From assembly GCA_002811645.1 (NCBI GenBank), contig PDIP01000258.1, positions 1 to 64,000 of the forward strand: 64,000 bases of DNA. Reading direction: 5' to 3'. The DNA is from Corallochytrium limacisporum Hawaii. Its lineage: Eukaryota > Protista > Pluriformea. Within the stretch, counting starts at the first letter, position 1. Each line of letters opens with the position of its first letter. The translations under genes and the position numbers were made by a program. A model generated the notes under the pieces. It saw only the letters and a list, made by a program, of their open reading frames with translations, was not told the origin of the DNA and ran no database searches. Shown here in pieces: positions 52,710 to 64,000 of this stretch.

Positions 52710-55700
52710 TTTGTCCGTGAATTGTGTGTCGAGTTTAGATCCGAATTGGAACTTATTATGAAAGTCATCACACCAATGACGTGGACCTGCTGTCCATTTT
52801 ATACCTCAGAGATCATCGGTATTCGCCGCAGAAAAGGGTCCGTACTCCTTGGTTAAGCAGCAATCCGTCTCCACTTTGGCCCCAAATGGAGTCTCGCGGA
52901 CTACCTGGACTTCGCTCGCGTGTATTTTCATGATATCCCCCCTGCCTCTCTGTCCTTCGCGCCCCTGCCTATCACCCGCACCCTATCCGCGATAGTCGGT
53001 GTGTTGAATACTCAATGACCGGTCGGTTTTCCCCGTTAGTTCTCGTGCTCTTGCAAGGGGTCAATGTCTGACCAGAACACCCCCTTCCTTAATTCCGAAT
53101 GCTGGCCCACTCCCCTAGCCCGGAGCCTAGCCCCTTTTCCCCACCGCCTTTCCCCCTTCCCCAAATCTCTCGATCCCCGGAGTTTTCCCATTAGCATATA
53201 CCTCTTGTTCCGTTCAGACGGGGGGCTCCAGAGAAACCTGGTATTAAAATAGTTGATAAGAATCTGGAGGTTGAATTGAAGAGTTATATATGTTCAAAAA
53301 CTCGGTATAGCTTTTCCTCCCATGTCGGGCAGTTTTGACGGTGACTCACAGCTGCGAATTTTTATACTGAATGTATTTGAGTTATTTCCCAAAGTCAGGG
53401 CACCGCGGGCAAGCTAATGACCCGCCCCCCCCCCAAAGAACGATACAATACCTCAGAAACGTGGAGTGGTTTTTCCCAGGGGAGGACATTTGGAACAGTA
53501 TATTCACTACTAGGATGCGACAAGTCGAGGCAGCACCTTCCGCATTGGTAACCTAAGCGAGGGTTGTTTTCTTGCAGCGGTCAGCAAGTTTTTTCCAGAA
53601 ATTTGCGTCAACAATGCTGCAGCAAATAACCCCCTCCCCCCCCCCCGGGGGCGTTACACAGCCCGCACCCAGCCAATAGAAACTCTACCGCACTTTCAAA
53701 AAAGTACGGGGCACTCAATTGCCTGTGCCGAGTGATTGCGACAAATTGTGGGCAAATTACTCCCTAATTTTCTTACGTTCGTGCCCCCATTCGCCCTCTG
53801 GCTCTGACTGAGGTATTTTTAACCGTTTTCCTCCCAGTTTCTGCCCCGCTATCAGAGCCCGTGCTCGTGGGGCTTGTTGAACTTTAGGGTCATTAAGTTT
53901 TGCTTTGTCACTCCATAAAGTGCCTGCGTTCGCACACCGACACATTCCTTTTGGTTCATGCCCGGGGCCATAAAAGGGTCTCCAACGATTCACGAGTTGG
54001 GCTCGAAAACACAAAAAAAAAGCCTGACTATGATGTATAGGTTAAAAAGGCAGGAACATTGCACACTCTCATCATTTCGGCAGCGAAAGAAAGGGGAGGG
54101 GGGCAGGGGGGCCTCTCGCCCGGGGGCACTACTTCGCACAAAACCTAAAATGGAGAAGACCAGTAATACTTAACTAGCCGATCACTCCGAAGCCTCCCGT
54201 CCATAGTGTACTTTGTATGGTATTCAAAATAATGAAAGGTCGGGGTTGCTTTAAGAGGGTGCGCACCTTGAACCCGTGCCCAGTGCGTTCCTCCCCCTGC
54301 CAAACTCAGCTGCCCATGGCCCGAAAAAGCTCCACTCTGCCCCCGAACGAAGAAAATTTTTCCTTCGGTGACTAGCGCCGAATGAGTATTGGTCTATGGG
54401 GTCGTCCACAGTATTGCAGCAGAATTGGTGTGAAATCCTAGACCTGGTGATTTCAATTCACTCGCATGAACAACCACTCCCCTTTATAGCATAGGCATTC
54501 CCAGTAGTGAAATTAAGGAATTTTTTTTCAAAGGCTGGGGGGTTAGATCCTTTCCTGAAGTTTTTTTTCGACAGGAAGCAAAAAGTATCCGCCGCTTCTA
54601 TGTTGCAATAGTGTTCCGAGGCGCCACTGAAGGAACCGAGTCCGCTTGTTTTGTTGTTCTACGGGCACCCACACACTGCTCCCCCAATCCCAACCCCGAT
54701 CTCGTGCCGTGGAAAGCTATAGTGACTGACTGGCGAGAGGGCACGCGACAACGGAAGCATCCATCTCCTTGAGTACGAAACCAATTTGACATGGTCTGTT
54801 CCTAGCACTAACCCCGTTGCAGGGAGGGTACCAAGGTGTCTTAGTGTTGGAGTCTATCGTCACATCGTTCATATGTTTTGTACTTGCTTTTTGACCAGGG
54901 TTGGTCTCCATGAGAGCATGTAGAGCCGTCACGGCAGAACAGAACCATCCCCGGCCCACTAAGCCCCGTCAGCCAAAAAGGGCAAGCGGAGCATTATTGG
55001 ATAGTAAGTGTACTGCACAGCGGGGGATCTCGCGCGATATTAGTCGTCCTCCAATCGGGTCCACCCGGTATGAGTGGGAGGTATGGGAAGAACGGAGCCT
55101 AGCAGCTACGAATGGAGAACCCGCCCCGCCCCACCGCTGTCGAGGACCGTCATTGGCAGTAGACTGAGAAGTTCAACCTGCGACACCACCTTTGGTACAC
55201 ATCTACTTCGACATTGTGCATTCTTGATATTGTTTTCATCATACATTGTTAATGCCAATGCATTCCGATGATGTTGAAACATCGAATTTGATGTGATCGA
55301 TGAGCAGTGAGGACTCGTTTCCTGCCGGCTCGACGCGACCAAGTCGAGTCCTTTAGTTCGGATTCGCAACAAAAGTCCATATGGAACTCTAACCCCATTT
55401 GAATGATTCCACAAGGAACACATCCAAAAAGTCTTCAGTGAGAAATTGACCCTTCGTCATTGTGTGACTTTCTTGGTGCGGGTGATCGACAGTTCGGTTG
55501 CAAACTGATTCCACGATCATTGGTATATCTGCCTGCTTTCTAATTGGCATCGATAGTTTACATGACCCGGCATCACCAAAGGACACCGAGGTGACACTGA
55601 CAATGGCGAGAATGAAGCTTTGTCATCGCAAGGGCTCAGTTCGATCGACAAACTTGAATGCCCGTGGTCGCTTTTGCAATTCGGAGCTGGGATAGAAAAG

Positions 55701-56962
55701 TCGCAATGGAAGACACTGGTTTTCTATGCCGAAGTGCCGCGCCGTGAAGAGTAATGAGAACATGTACACGAAAATGGAGCTTGGAGTAGCAGGGTGACGC
55801 ATGTCAACGGTAGAACGGAATGTATATGACATCACTGCCCGGAAATGCGTTGAAGTCTACGAACATACATAGAGTTTACTATCTCTCTGCCGCAGCAGTC
55901 CAAAGTCACTAATTACCACTGTACAGCAGAAAGCGCGTAAGTACGAGGCATATCTGGTTCTAGGCATATGGCCGATACGCCCGACACGAACGCGGGAGCA
56001 CCCCTCTTCTACATACTTCTACTACTGTACACACTTTATGCCAAGCTTCGACAACATCATAAGGTGTGGGCGGTATAGGCTTCATTTGCGGTGGACGAGC
56101 GGTTCCCGAAGTGCATACCGTGACAACACAGTTGGTAGTACCGTGGGCCATCAGTCCCGCCCGTAGATTTGAAGCATATCAAGCACCTGAGAGCGTCGCT
56201 AGGTGCCTTTCAATACTTGTGTTCAACCTCTCACACATTGATGTCCGCCGTGCGCTTTGTAAAAATACCGTGACATATGAACGATATGGGATACAAACCA
56301 ACCTATTGCAAGAGATGCCAGAAGCTCATCAGGGACCCATGTCTTCAAGCTCAGTTTGAATCTTACAGATTTGATTCCACATATATTTTCCAGTATTTCG
56401 AAGCTTTGTGGATTCACGGCTCTGTTGCTCATCGATCTGCACTGATGATGAGTATTGAAGATGAGCTGGAATACGTAAGCCCCACCAGTTGTAGAATTGT
56501 CGGGGCGCTCGGTTCCATCAGCCATTGTACTGCGGAAGGTGTCTCACCACCTTGGTCACACTACTGAGTGAGTGTGCCAAGGGGAACCCTCGCTTGAGGT
56601 AGTCACCGCGGTCCCGGAAACGCGTCTCACTACCACTACAGTCGGAACGTCGGCGGGGGGTCTCATGAGAGCGTGTGGCCAAACTCTTCTGGTTCTTTTT
56701 CATTAAAAGGAAAAAAGCATAGTTGCGGTAGCTGCGCCAAGACCACACTCCAGGTAGGAAACATCACCAGCCAATGAAGAATTGCCTCGACCGACAAAGT
56801 CTGGGTGAGTAGTAAATCTTTCGGTTTGTAGTATGCGGTAAGGGACGCCTGCGGAACACTCTTCCTGCGTCATCAACTTCACAACCTACAAGTGGCTGTC
56901 CATTGGCCTATTTTGATTAGGCAATAATGCGGCACTGAATTAACAACAGAGTTAGAACCACG

Positions 56963-59518
56963 ATGAATGAAGAAAGTCAAGTCCTCCTCTGGTCTGGCTT
57001 CTACAAGAAGACCATGACAGAGCGAAGGGCGCAGCTTCGGCTTGCATTCCCACAACTTGAGCATGATCGTGATTTCGGATTAACGGACCACGCAGCTGAT
57101 AACATGGTCGAGAATTGTATTGGTGTGGGTGGTGTGCCATTGGGACTGGGTCTCAACTTTATGATCAACGGGAAAAGCCATGTTGTGCCGATGATGGTGG
57201 AGGAGCCATCCGTAATTGCTGCCGCGTCCGGTGCGGCAAAGCTAGTTCAGAAGGTAGGTGGGTTCACGGCCACACATCGGAATAGAAATGTTATGATAGG
57301 CCAGATCTCACTCTGCAATGTTGAGAATATTGAGAACGCCATCGATGGCCTCAAGACCGAGAAGGAACATATTATTACGGCCGCCAACGAGTTTTGCAAA
57401 AGCATGGTGCAACGGGGCGGCGGTGTGCTCGACATGAAAGTGGAAGTCAAGCAAACGCGCATGCACCAGAAGATAAAGCGCCAGAAGCTAACCAATGGGA
57501 ATGGTCTGTATCACATTGGGGATGCGCGGTACAAGGACTGTGACAAGAAGTTTGTAGTGGTGTATATCTACGTGGATGTATGTGATGCTATGGGAGCCAA
57601 TACTGTCAACAGAATCTTGGAGGGCGTAGCACCAATGGTGAGTTCGATAGCCAAGGCCGATGTGGTGGTGCGGATTCTGTCGAATCTATGCCCGGACCGC
57701 ATGGCAAAATCCACTTTTTCCATTCCTGTGGATGCCATGGACTACAAAGGTATGGTCGGTGAGGATGTGGCCCAGAGGATCTTAGACGTGTTTCTATTTG
57801 CAGATGCTGATCCGTATCGTGCTGTTACACACAACAAAGGTATCATGAATGGCATTGACGCCGTGGCCCTAGCCTGCGGACAAGACTTTCGCGCAATTGA
57901 GGCTGGTGTGCACGCATACGTGGTTGAGAAGAGCGGTTACTATGGGCCTCTCAGCAATTATTGGATCGAGGAGGATGAAGACGGGAAGCAATACTTCAAG
58001 GGCGAGCTTGAGCTACCTATTGCAGTGGGCGTGCAAGGCGGTGCGATGAAGACGAACCCGCTCTACAAGTACAACCTGTCTCTCATGGGACATCCGGACA
58101 GCGGTGAATTGGCCATGATCATGGTTTCGGTCGGCCTTGCTCAGAACTTTGCAGCGTTGAGAGCTTTGGCCACAGAGGGTATCCAGCGCGGACATATGTC
58201 TTTGCATGCCAAGAATATTGCTGTGGCGGCTGGTGCACCCCAGCATGCTATTGAAGAGGTTACGCAGTTCATGATTGCCACGAGCCAGATCAACTATCAG
58301 ACGGCCAAGGAATATTTGCGTGCCCATGCTCTACTCAAGAACCTCGCCACTCCTGCTCACGAGACGGCAGTCGGAAAGGCACCATCTTTGTTCTACTATG
58401 ATGACACTGAGCCTGAGAGTGGTACTCGCTGCACGTTGCACATTGCCTTTCATACTCTGCGGGGCAAGCCCGCATTGATTGCTTTTGACGAAGACACCAA
58501 CAATCTGCTGCACCTGACCCTTTTCACGAAGAAAGGCCATAGCTGGTTGCGTGCCATTCGCAATTCACTGACGGCAGTAAAGATCCTGCCCAAGAAGTAC
58601 GGGCGCCGTGTGAACACCGCGCTACAGCTACGTCTCAAGACCTTGAGCATCCTAATGAATGTGCTTGCCTACCGCTTGCTTATGCTGTACCCGGACATTA
58701 CTAAGGCCTTTTTGAAGCAGGCGTTGGGTCAGAAGACCCGTCGTTCAGGCGAAGCTACGAACGCTTTACGCAAATCAGGCAACGGGAATGACAGCACTGC
58801 AGACGTTCCTGGGGATACATCACCATCCGATCACTACATGCTAGAGTTCCAGCACAACCTGGTATTCCAGAATGATGTCCTTGAGCTTCTAAACGACGAG
58901 TGTGCGGAGGAGGCAGCTCTGGGCCTCTCGTTGTTGTTGAGCATGTGGCAGGTGTTTTATTCTCAAGTTGATGAGTACGTGGGCTCCTCTACATTGAGCA
59001 TGATACTCAAGGATGAGCAGGCCCGGATCCTGGCCTCTCTCGTACAGCAGCCACAGGGTAGTTTGCCTGTCGATACCCTAGAGGCATACATTGACATCCA
59101 CAGTCGTCGATTCCAGGTCAGTGTGTTCCTGCTTGTGGATGCGGTCGCTTTGGATGAGGATTCCGAACTCCTTACTCCAGAAAAGATCAATCTGTTGCTG
59201 CGCATTGGCCGTTTGCTGGAGTGGGAGGGTAGTATGGTCCATGATATTGCTCGGTACGAGAGGGATGTGTCCATGGGTATGCCCAACGCATATGCCTTCT
59301 GGCTTGACAAGGAAGGCAAAACCCACAGCCCGGAGTCCGTAGCAGGGTTCAACCACACTGTCATGAGCATGGTCGCGCGGGACCGTGTGGGCATGGCTAA
59401 GGAGAACGATCTCTCTTTCTTTGACCAGGAGAGTTTTGATCGTAGTCTGAATGTCATGCGTGAGTACTATAATCTCCCGCAACTGATCAGTAGCACCCAA
59501 TTGCTGAACAAGCAATAG
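56963..59518 (+). CDS. class II HMG-CoA reductase fused to a C-terminal isoprenoid/terpene-synthase-like helical domain
   Basis: WSGFYKK, ENCIG, EEPSVIAA, DAMGAN, THNKGIMNG, GQDFRAIEA, GLAQNFAALRALATEGIQRGHMSLHAKN (class II signatures); about 390-aa extension. Confidence 0.92.
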   Translation: MNEESQVLLWSGFYKKTMTERRAQLRLAFPQLEHDRDFGLTDHAADNMVENCIGVGGVPLGLGLNFMINGKSHVVPMMVEEPSVIAAASGAAKLVQKVGGFTATHRNRNVMIGQISLCNVENIENAIDGLKTEKEHIITAANEFCKSMVQRGGGVLDMKVEVKQTRMHQKIKRQKLTNGNGLYHIGDARYKDCDKKFVVVYIYVDVCDAMGANTVNRILEGVAPMVSSIAKADVVVRILSNLCPDRMAKSTFSIPVDAMDYKGMVGEDVAQRILDVFLFADADPYRAVTHNKGIMNGIDAVALACGQDFRAIEAGVHAYVVEKSGYYGPLSNYWIEEDEDGKQYFKGELELPIAVGVQGGAMKTNPLYKYNLSLMGHPDSGELAMIMVSVGLAQNFAALRALATEGIQRGHMSLHAKNIAVAAGAPQHAIEEVTQFMIATSQINYQTAKEYLRAHALLKNLATPAHETAVGKAPSLFYYDDTEPESGTRCTLHIAFHTLRGKPALIAFDEDTNNLLHLTLFTKKGHSWLRAIRNSLTAVKILPKKYGRRVNTALQLRLKTLSILMNVLAYRLLMLYPDITKAFLKQALGQKTRRSGEATNALRKSGNGNDSTADVPGDTSPSDHYMLEFQHNLVFQNDVLELLNDECAEEAALGLSLLLSMWQVFYSQVDEYVGSSTLSMILKDEQARILASLVQQPQGSLPVDTLEAYIDIHSRRFQVSVFLLVDAVALDEDSELLTPEKINLLLRIGRLLEWEGSMVHDIARYERDVSMGMPNAYAFWLDKEGKTHSPESVAGFNHTVMSMVARDRVGMAKENDLSFFDQESFDRSLNVMREYYNLPQLISSTQLLNKQ

Positions 59519-59627
59519 AACACACCAAATGTACCATAGTCATCGTTTGGATGAATTAAAACCATAGAACAGATCGTTAAAGAAGCCACTACCATTTAGT
59601 TCTCCAATTGTTCTCATGCGAACCAAT

Positions 59628-60701
59628 TCACTGCTTCTCACTGCTCTCAATAATGGCATCTCGTAGATCGGCAGCAATGTTTTCGCCATGGCCCGAGCTG
59701 ATTGCAAACGCCTCAATAGGCACCGTGCTGGCTTCATACTTGCTGAACCTCACCTTGGTAGGTGCGTCAACGTAGCGGAATATAGGCTTTGCATTCCGAT
59801 CCTTCGCGTGGGACCTGATTTCCTCATAAGAGAACAGCAGACCGTCGGTCACGTCTGGATCGAATGGATTGATATCAACCAAGAGCGCTCTGTGAAGCGG
59901 GTGGTGTGGCTGTGACTGAAAATAAATGTCAAAGACCAAGTCAGGTTTGGTACTTGATGTCCAGGCGCCACATTCCTTGAGAAGATTTCCTTCAATGAAT
60001 TCTATGACTGCATCCTGCACCTGACCATCTAGCTCAACCATATGCTCAAAGAATGTGTCGCACGCCCGCTGGCATATCCCTACTACCCGTCCATTGACTA
60101 CGAAAACTCGAAACTCATTCGCTGGTGCGATATTTTCCCACTGTCGAAGACAAAGCGTGAACTCATGACCAGCTCCGTCTTTCTGCTCCTCTTCTAGCCC
60201 TTCAAGCATGTACGTTAGGTCGTGCATTATGTTGTCTGATGCCTTTAACAGCAAGAGAACCTCTCCTGCTGCTGTACATTTCAGACCCTCTGGTTTCATC
60301 CAGCTCGCATCCATCGGTGCACTCCAATCTAATTTCGGAAAGACTGTCCCGCCCAAAATTTCGATTTCACTCGTAATCCTATCCCCAAAGGCCACGACAC
60401 TCTCTTCGTTCACAATGACTGGTGGTGAATCCGCCGATGAGTCAGAATCAGAAGCATTGTCGTCATCGCGAGAGCCCGCTCCTGCATGCTCGTCATCGTC
60501 CGACCATTCCGAACCATCGTCAGAGACATTTCCTGCGTGTTCATATGCAATATGTTTGGATAATTTAGGTGGCAGCACAATTCCATCCGACAGAATGAAC
60601 TCAACTACATCGCGCGGCAGCTTCAAGAACCGAGTTGGGATGGTGTGCTTCTGCAGGTGCGGATACCACCTTGCTAATGAACACACTAGTCGGTCCTCCA
60701 T
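59628..60701 (-). CDS. CDC123: Cdc123/D123 (eIF2 assembly, ATP-grasp)
   Basis: CSLARWYP, FILSDGIVLP, LGGTVFPKLDWSAPMDASW, LLLKASDNIMHDL, EFRVFV..GICQR, LVDINPF..TDGLLFSYEE. Confidence 0.93.
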   Translation of the reverse strand: MEDRLVCSLARWYPHLQKHTIPTRFLKLPRDVVEFILSDGIVLPPKLSKHIAYEHAGNVSDDGSEWSDDDEHAGAGSRDDDNASDSDSSADSPPVIVNEESVVAFGDRITSEIEILGGTVFPKLDWSAPMDASWMKPEGLKCTAAGEVLLLLKASDNIMHDLTYMLEGLEEEQKDGAGHEFTLCLRQWENIAPANEFRVFVVNGRVVGICQRACDTFFEHMVELDGQVQDAVIEFIEGNLLKECGAWTSSTKPDLVFDIYFQSQPHHPLHRALLVDINPFDPDVTDGLLFSYEEIRSHAKDRNAKPIFRYVDAPTKVRFSKYEASTVPIEAFAISSGHGENIAADLRDAIIESSEKQ

Positions 60702-60940
60702 GAGTGTTTCTGTGTCAAGGGAATGTTAACAGAATAAAGACCTTGATACCACAAACCCCAGACCTTGTAAGGACGTGTGTCCCAAAGTACCCCGACCCAA
60801 ACGTTTCGTGCTGACCACATTTTTTAGCAATCTTCCAAAAAAAAAAGCCAGGGGAGGAGGAGGGGTGGGGCGGGTTTGCGGGTGATGGGGGCCTATTTTC
60901 AAAGACGCTCCCACCACCCGCTCCATCCGTCCACCGAAAA

Positions 60941-61002
60941 AGCCAATAGGGTCCGATTCAACCAATCACAAAGCGTTTTCATATCCTGTGCTGTGATTGG
61001 TC
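60941..61002. promoter_or_regulatory. cluster of three CCAAT boxes upstream of CDC123 (divergent from Cdc42)
   Basis: agccaatag, aaccaatca, tgattggtc within about 60 bp. Similar pairs at ~41911-41932 and ~32941-32952 in other divergent intergenic regions. Confidence 0.4.
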
Positions 61003-63047
61003 AAAATATGAAAGGAAGAACGGACAGCGCCCTTAGCGTTCCGAGTTATGCATTACACCATGGATTCCATACTTAACATATGGATTTTTTCTGGAGGCCA
61101 ATGTCCCTGCCGTGGGCGCTGTGGGTGTCGAGACCTAAACTCTCTACGAATTTATCTCGTGTGCACACGATTTATATTCTCGCAATATCAAACCGACATA
61201 CAAAGTTCATACTGGACTGGAAGATTTGTTAGCCACCGAGGTATCGCTCCGATTCCTCGACCGCGCCATTCACTGCGGCAGCGGAGCCTCTAATTTGTTC
61301 AAACTGGGAAGGGACCAGGGCACCTTTATAACAGAATAGCTCAGCAAAATGTATTAAAAACAGGGAGGGAGGGCGCGATAGAGACTGCCAGAAACCAGCG
61401 TGTAAACCAGTTTCGACTCCTTGTCTGGGACTCTAACAGAAATCACCTGGCAGCAAAGTGGAGGGGGGGGGGGATAGCTATTACCAATCGAACAAATAAA
61501 CAGAGTTGGTATGGCTGTGCAGGCTGTTTGCTTGCTTTCCTGCTCCTGCGGCCATTGTGCGGTGATCCCGGCTGGTGGTTAGGTGGCGACAGTAGAGCAT
61601 GGTGGCAGCACCATTCCCAGTCCCCGTTCGACGTACACAAGAAAAAAAAAAAGTACCCCTCCGCGCCCCTCCCACAGCAACGCGCCCTGTCTAAATTGAA
61701 AATCGTCCTTTAACTACTGAAAATGTACCTGACAAATTTGAAGAATAGTGGCTGCATGGATCCCGAGTGCTCGTATGTGTGGGCCAATTTTTTTTCGGCT
61801 GTGTACTGAGCCGTGACACCATGAGACCCCAGACAATGCTCACATCCACCCACGGTCCTTTGTTTTTGGCGCCACTGTTTTTAATAATAAACATACTGAG
61901 TGTTTCAGCATGCTGATCGTGTAGTCAGAGAGACGGACTCTTAGAACTGCTCCGCAGGCAACCGCACCTGAAATGCTCCGTGATTTGCGGGTGATTTCAG
62001 GTCGCAACTCTGGTGGCACTTTTCCGTCGGTTTAAGTTTTTTTCTCCATTGTCTGTATATTGAATCTCTTATCGCTAAATGGATGGCATGGTTTGTGTTT
62101 CTCTCGCGGCACCAACCCCGAGGCGCCGTGCCCTGCCCAGAGCGGACCCACTTACTTCTCTCTCGACGCTTCACGAACAAAGAAGCTACCAAAAGCGACC
62201 GATCACTGAAAACGTGTACAGCAGAATATATAGGACACGACCCCCCACACCCACACACTCACGCCCATACTACCTTCTCAGAAATGAAAAGACGAAACTT
62301 GCAACGCTCTCACTGTCGCGTCTCTCGACCCGTCTCTTCTCGCGCGCTCAATCGCTACTTTCGTTTCTGTTCATTCCCGATAAATTTCACCCAATATATT
62401 GAGTATGCAGTACTCGGCATTTTGCGAGGAAAAAGTTGACAGCGGAGACACGCTCGCGACATCCCTCGAGACTTTTTCACAGCACGCCACGGCGCAAGAA
62501 AACAGTACCGGGCTCATGGTAGAACTACATTGGCCAGAATAAAGGCAGACAACTGGTGGAGAAGGAGAAAAAAAAAACAAAGTGCTGTGGCGGGGTCGAC
62601 AATGCCCCCCTATGAGTGTGCCCTTGCTGTCGTGCCCGGTGTGTTGGGATGGCTGTTGACCCTTTGCTGTGTGTTTACTGTGTCAGTGTTTTGTCGTGAT
62701 AGCGAGGCGGCACTTTCGCATGGTACTGCTGTATGTGCTCTGCCTCAACGTTTGCTTGTGCTTTGTACATACCAAAGCTTGCCGTACGAAGGAGATATGG
62801 GACTGGTGGACCTAGTTGAAAATTGGTGCAGACCTACTTAAATCAACGACGGTGTCGTAGGAATAGAAGACATATCGTGTCAGAAGAAAATAGCCACAGC
62901 GACAACCAAAGAGTGTTGTGCACATCAGGCTTTGCGTGCAGAGCCAATTGAAATAGACGGACGGAGGTTTGTTTATGGACCATTAAGCATAGGGATCACA
63001 TTGTGTGGTTATTTCCAAAGACACATAAGGCTTAAATTTTCGAAAAC

Positions 63048-63626
63048 ATGCAGACCATCAAGTGCGTTGTCGTCGGCGATGGTGCTGTCGGTAAGACTTC
63101 ACTGCTGATTTGCTATACAACGAACAAGTTCCCAACGGAATACGTCCCCACAGTGTTTGATAACTATGCTGTGACGGTCATGATCCGTGACGAGCCCTAC
63201 ACATTAGGTTTGTTTGATACTGCTGGTCAGGAAGACTACGACAGGTTGCGTCCCCTGTCCTACCCTCAGACCGATGTGTTCCTGGTCTGTTTCAGCGTGG
63301 TCGACCCCAGCTCTTTTGAGAACGTGAAGGAGAAGTGGGTGCCCGAGATCCGCCATAACTGCCCCCACACACCTTTCCTTCTGATCGGTACCAAGTCAGA
63401 CTTGAGGGACAACGATGCCACACTGGCCAAGCTGGCAAAGAGCAACAGAAAGACCCCAATCACTCGCGCAGAAGCAGAGAAGCTGTGTAAGGAACTGAAG
63501 GCCATCAAGTATGTTGAGTGCTCTGCCGCAAAATTAGAGGGAGTTAAGGATGTCTTCGATGAAGCTATTGTGGCCGCACTGGAGCCTCCAGCAACTAAGG
63601 CAAAGAAGAACTGTCTGATCCTGTAG
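63048..63626 (+). CDS. CDC42: Rho-family GTPase Cdc42 (slightly divergent)
   Basis: [75 protein letters not shown], CaaX CLIL. Confidence 0.93.
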   Translation: MQTIKCVVVGDGAVGKTSLLICYTTNKFPTEYVPTVFDNYAVTVMIRDEPYTLGLFDTAGQEDYDRLRPLSYPQTDVFLVCFSVVDPSSFENVKEKWVPEIRHNCPHTPFLLIGTKSDLRDNDATLAKLAKSNRKTPITRAEAEKLCKELKAIKYVECSAAKLEGVKDVFDEAIVAALEPPATKAKKNCLIL

Positions 63627-64000
63627 ATCCGTTTCCAAGGGCCGGACTGGTATCACAAGTGCACAAGGGAGCGAACGTGGTCCATTCGTACAAAGCACCA
63701 AGCGGTGATGTAGCATATCTTCAGACGTACGTCTCAAAACGTCCAATTCTCAGTTGTTAATAATGAATTTGCTGGACACGTGGATATGACCCCTAGCCAT
63801 TCTGCGTGTATGTGCTTGTTTGCTTTTCAATTATTTACGACAGAGAATGAAGGCAAGGGATGTTTGTCGGAATTATATGCCTGCAAGTATGCACGATATG
63901 GATACACGAACAAGGACCAGGCGGAGTGCCGAGTGGCCAGGAACACGGGGTTTGGTTTGAAATCGAAACCGATCAGCATGCTTAACGGCAGTGAGGAAGA

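Noticed and set aside
55290-55352. Hammerhead-like GATGAG..GTTTC with adjacent hairpin
   Set aside because: The core CTGATGA/GAAA order and stems are not satisfied on either strand.
42164-59518. Isoprenoid gene cluster (PLPP6 + HMGR)
   Set aside because: The genes are 14 kb apart with unrelated housekeeping genes in between; there is no evidence of clustering.
61380-61440. tRNA T-arm-like GTTTCGACTCC
   Set aside because: No acceptor, D or anticodon stems could be formed. No tRNA, rRNA or snRNA was recognised by eye anywhere in the window.

Overview
Eukaryotic nuclear DNA with compact, almost entirely intronless genes. The gene set points to a unicellular opisthokont, probably a holozoan (inference). 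Animal-like genes (Mondo/MLXIP, LAMTOR5, PLPP6, RtcB) and opisthokont Cdc42 sit beside genes animals lack (SPX-VTC subunit, Puf4-type Pumilio, type I metacaspase). I can support about 23 protein genes, the right part of a plant-mariner-like transposon (DD47D triad, candidate TIR and TA), a frameshifted guanylate-cyclase relic and two N gaps. Recurrent C-run/G-run elements and microsatellites are confined to intergenic DNA. Most notable: (1) a bacterial-type class II HMG-CoA reductase fused to a ~390-aa domain resembling a degenerate terpene/isoprenoid-synthase fold; (2) an F-box protein with a C-terminal HARE-HTH domain; (3) the DD47D transposase; (4) features the ORF track misses: spliced LAMTOR5, a three-exon orphan gene, a probable spliced lncRNA and a 59-aa sORF; (5) a catalytically dead VTC subunit and several prokaryote- or plant-like genes (NTT-like transporter, NUDIX, stand-alone GT47). 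All family calls come from motif recognition by eye; no database search was run.
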